Assembly (NCBI GenBank): GCA_003520745.1
Contig: DOUE01000022.1
Coordinates: 10,950 to 68,046 of the forward strand
Source: Erysipelotrichaceae bacterium
GTDB lineage: Bacteria > Bacillota_I > Bacilli_A > Erysipelotrichales > Erysipelotrichaceae
Reading direction: 5' to 3'
DNA: 57,097 nt
The notes beneath the pieces are model-generated. The model worked only from the letters and a program-made list of their open reading frames with translations. It had not been told where the DNA came from and did no database searches. Made by a program: the position numbers and the translations under genes. Below, piece by piece: positions 54,851 to 57,097 of this stretch. The stretch's first letter is position 1. Every line of letters begins with the position of its first letter.

Positions 54851-54986
54851 CCCACCTAGAGATTTTCAGAGTTTCTTATCAGCTCGTGCAGTGCAATTAG
54901 TAATCACCGATTCTTTTTCAAAGGGAGATCAAAAAATCGATGCTTGTCAAAATGAAAAATTTCGTTTTAGATTTGGATTCAAACAA

Positions 54987-56117
54987 CTAGACCACATTTA
55001 CCTTCGACTGTTTCTCTTCATATAATCTCTGATCCAACATGCTTTCGAATTCCTGCGCCGTCGCCTTGCTTCTTACATCATAGACGCCGTAGCCCATGCT
55101 GAACTGAAGCGTGTAGACCTGTCTTTCGGAAGCGTTGAACTTCGAGAGTTGAAGACGGATGCGATCCACGACTTCCTGCAGTCTTTCCGGTTCGCTGATC
55201 GATAGGATCATGAAGAATTCATCCCCGCCGTAACGGGAAATGAAATCGGTGTTCCGGATGCACCCGTTGAGAAGTTTCACGTTCGCTTGCAGGGCCGAAT
55301 CCCCCATGTCATGACCGAAAGTATCGTTGATCGACTTGAAATTGTCGATGTCGATCATGATGGCGGAGAAACTCTTCTTCTCCGTGCTATTGCGAATCTT
55401 ATCTTTGAGATAGGATTCCAGTCTCTTACGATTGTTCACGCCGGTGAGATAATCGGTGTTCATGCCGTGGTTCTGGATGTTCAGACTGACGAACAACAAG
55501 GAGAGGACCACCGAGTTCAACAGGATCGGGATGCCATAGACGATGACTTGGAGTACGACGCTGAAGAGGAAGAAGAGCGGGAAGAAGACCAAGGTGAACC
55601 GATGGTTCTTGTGGATGGTCTTCAAGTTCTTCACTACGTAGACAAACGAAATGCTCAGAAGCGCGATGTTATAGATGACGGGGAGGGTGAAGTATGGTCC
55701 GCGATGGTAGATGTTCTGCAGATCGATCGAATAGTACCAACCGAATCGCAGGGACAATACGACGATCGTCAGGTTCACAAACCAGAACAGGGTCAAGGGC
55801 TTTACCAGTTTCAGCGATCTTTCCTCGTCTTGGAAGAGTTGGTTAACGACATAGACCAGCCAGATTGAAGGAAGGACGGGGCTTAGACTGAACACGACGA
55901 AGTTACCGAGTTGGTTGAGGACGGGATAGATCGCATACGCGTTAGTGTCCATGCGACTGAAGATATCGAAAAGGAGTAGGACGATCGTCGTATCCAGCAT
56001 CAACATGTACAACCGATACTGAAGGGAGCGTTTTTCTTCTTGCTTATCCGAGTGCAGCCAGAGGATGGCCAGGATGAGGATCGAATAGAGATTGATCATG
56101 AAATTGATTGGATTCAC
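54987..56117 (-). CDS. Membrane-anchored diguanylate cyclase (GGDEF domain)
   Basis: 376 aa with ~6 N-terminal TM segments. The GGDEF domain reads RYGGDEFFMIL, with RNTD (an RxxD I-site) 5 residues upstream. The ORF-track start is a GTG at 56117; an alternative ATG lies at 56099. Confidence 0.85.
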   Translation of the reverse strand: MNPINFMINLYSILILAILWLHSDKQEEKRSLQYRLYMLMLDTTIVLLLFDIFSRMDTNAYAIYPVLNQLGNFVVFSLSPVLPSIWLVYVVNQLFQDEERSLKLVKPLTLFWFVNLTIVVLSLRFGWYYSIDLQNIYHRGPYFTLPVIYNIALLSISFVYVVKNLKTIHKNHRFTLVFFPLFFLFSVVLQVIVYGIPILLNSVVLSLLFVSLNIQNHGMNTDYLTGVNNRKRLESYLKDKIRNSTEKKSFSAIMIDIDNFKSINDTFGHDMGDSALQANVKLLNGCIRNTDFISRYGGDEFFMILSISEPERLQEVVDRIRLQLSKFNASERQVYTLQFSMGYGVYDVRSKATAQEFESMLDQRLYEEKQSKVNVV

Positions 56118-56141
56118 CGGTACACCCGCCTTTCAGAAATG

Positions 56142-56150
56142 ATTATACCA
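56142..56150 (-). promoter_or_regulatory. Extended -10 element upstream of the GGDEF gene
   Basis: Minus strand TGGTATAAT, ~25 nt upstream of the GTG start. Confidence 0.4.
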
Positions 56151-56193
56151 CGATGACATATGTTGATTCCGTCGTTCAAATGATTTCCGTCGA

Positions 56194-56216
56194 TACAAAA
56201 CCCCCTTTCGGGAGTC
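56194..56216 (-). terminator. Weak terminator after the phosphoglucomutase gene
   Basis: Minus strand CTCCC-GAAA-GGGGG followed by TTTTGTATC. Confidence 0.4.
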
Positions 56217-56220
56217 TTGT

Positions 56221-57097
56221 TTATTCGATTTCTTTGGCGACCGCTTGTTTCAACCGCTCGAATTTCGCAAGGGATGCTTCTTTGGAAACATCCGTCACGC
56301 AATAATAGAACTTGCATTTGGGTTCGGTTCCGGAAGGACGGATCGCGATCCAGCTTCCGTCTTCCAGGAAATACTTGATGACGTCGCTCGGGGGATAGTC
56401 AAGTTTAGTGACGACGCCTTTGTCGATGCGTTCCAGTTTGCGGTAGTCTTCCTTCGCGACGATCTTGATGTCGGCGAACGAAGGGATCTCCGTGGTTTGG
56501 AAATGGGTCATGATTTCCTTGATGCGTTTGGACCCTTCTTCCCCTTTAAGGGAAAGGGAAACTTGGTCTTCAAGGTACCATCCGAACTTACGGTAGAGGT
56601 CCTCCAACACATCGACAAGGGTCTTGCCTTGGTTCTTATAATAAGTGATGGCTTCACTCAATAAGAGACAACTTTGGATCGCGTCTTTATCGCGGACGAA
56701 AGGTTCGACCAGATAGCCGTAGCTTTCTTCGTACCCGAACACGAAGTTCTTTTCATGCGTCACTTCATATTTCGCGATCTTTTCGCCGATGAACTTGAAT
56801 CCGGTCAGTGTCTTTTCGGTTTCGACGCCATAGGAAGTCGCGACTTTTTCACCAAGGTCGGACGTGACGACGGTATTGAAGATAACCGGGTTTGAAGGCA
56901 TGGTTCCTTTTTCATTCTTGGTGGAGAAGACATAGTCCAACAAGATCGAACCGGTCTGATTGCCTGTCAGCAAGCGGTACTCGCCGTGGTGCACGACGAC
57001 GACGCCCACGCGGTCCGCATCCGGGTCGGTGGACAACGCCGCGTCCGCCAGATGCTCCTTCATGACCTCGATGGCTCTCTCGTAGGCCGCCTTTTCT
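56221..57097 (-). CDS. Alpha-phosphoglucomutase/phosphomannomutase family protein, C-terminal ~290 codons; the N-terminus lies beyond the window end
   Basis: The open frame continues to the window edge. It carries the TDPDADRVGVVV metal-binding loop, GYEESYGY and IRPSGTEPKCKFY phosphate-binding loop. Confidence 0.85.
   Translation of the reverse strand, partial: EKAAYERAIEVMKEHLADAALSTDPDADRVGVVVVHHGEYRLLTGNQTGSILLDYVFSTKNEKGTMPSNPVIFNTVVTSDLGEKVATSYGVETEKTLTGFKFIGEKIAKYEVTHEKNFVFGYEESYGYLVEPFVRDKDAIQSCLLLSEAITYYKNQGKTLVDVLEDLYRKFGWYLEDQVSLSLKGEEGSKRIKEIMTHFQTTEIPSFADIKIVAKEDYRKLERIDKGVVTKLDYPPSDVIKYFLEDGSWIAIRPSGTEPKCKFYYCVTDVSKEASLAKFERLKQAVAKEIE

Overview
This 57.1-kb chromosomal window is almost fully coding, and 45 of its 47 genes lie on the minus strand. 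The signals point to a Gram-positive (Firmicutes/Tenericutes-type) genome. These are lipobox lipoproteins, a GlgC/GlgD pair, one MsmK-type ATPase next to ATPase-less sugar ABC systems, many CcpA-type cre boxes, and TGA used as a stop codon. The taxon cannot be fixed from sequence alone.

Gene content from left to right:
- eno (partial), tpiA, pgk
- glgA, glgD, glgC
- A folT-like gene, folC, ung, an MFS transporter and an orphan solute-binding lipoprotein
- mglBAC
- A Thermotoga-type maltosyltransferase-like GH13 enzyme
- Small accessory genes: a membrane protein, an SRPBCC protein and a GNAT acetyltransferase
- A large maltodextrin/starch locus: cytoplasmic GH13, msmK, a mini PucR-type regulator, a lipoprotein alpha-amylase, oligo-1,6-glucosidase, malE, DUF1189, malG, malF and a divergent neopullulanase
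- A 14-gene operon at about 33.0-47.25 kb (described below)
- pulA, glgP, glgB
- A pgsA-like gene, a GGDEF diguanylate cyclase and a partial phosphoglucomutase

The stand-out system is the 14-gene operon, which I read as sulfoquinovose (SQ) catabolism by the transketolase (sulfo-TK) route. It encodes a YihQ-type GH31 sulfoquinovosidase, a DUF4867 isomerase, an ABC importer, a split transketolase, an RpiB-like isomerase and an extra FucI-family isomerase. Its end module is unusual: a CoA-acylating aldehyde dehydrogenase, a SucCD-like ADP-forming CoA ligase and an anion permease. That module predicts sulfoacetate plus ATP as the products rather than isethionate.

The operon has no dedicated regulator. 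It sits behind a strong promoter and a roughly 178-nt leader, and the leader carries two perfect cre boxes created by a 71-bp tandem duplication of the translation-initiation region.

No rRNA, tRNA, CRISPR array, transposase or integrase was found.
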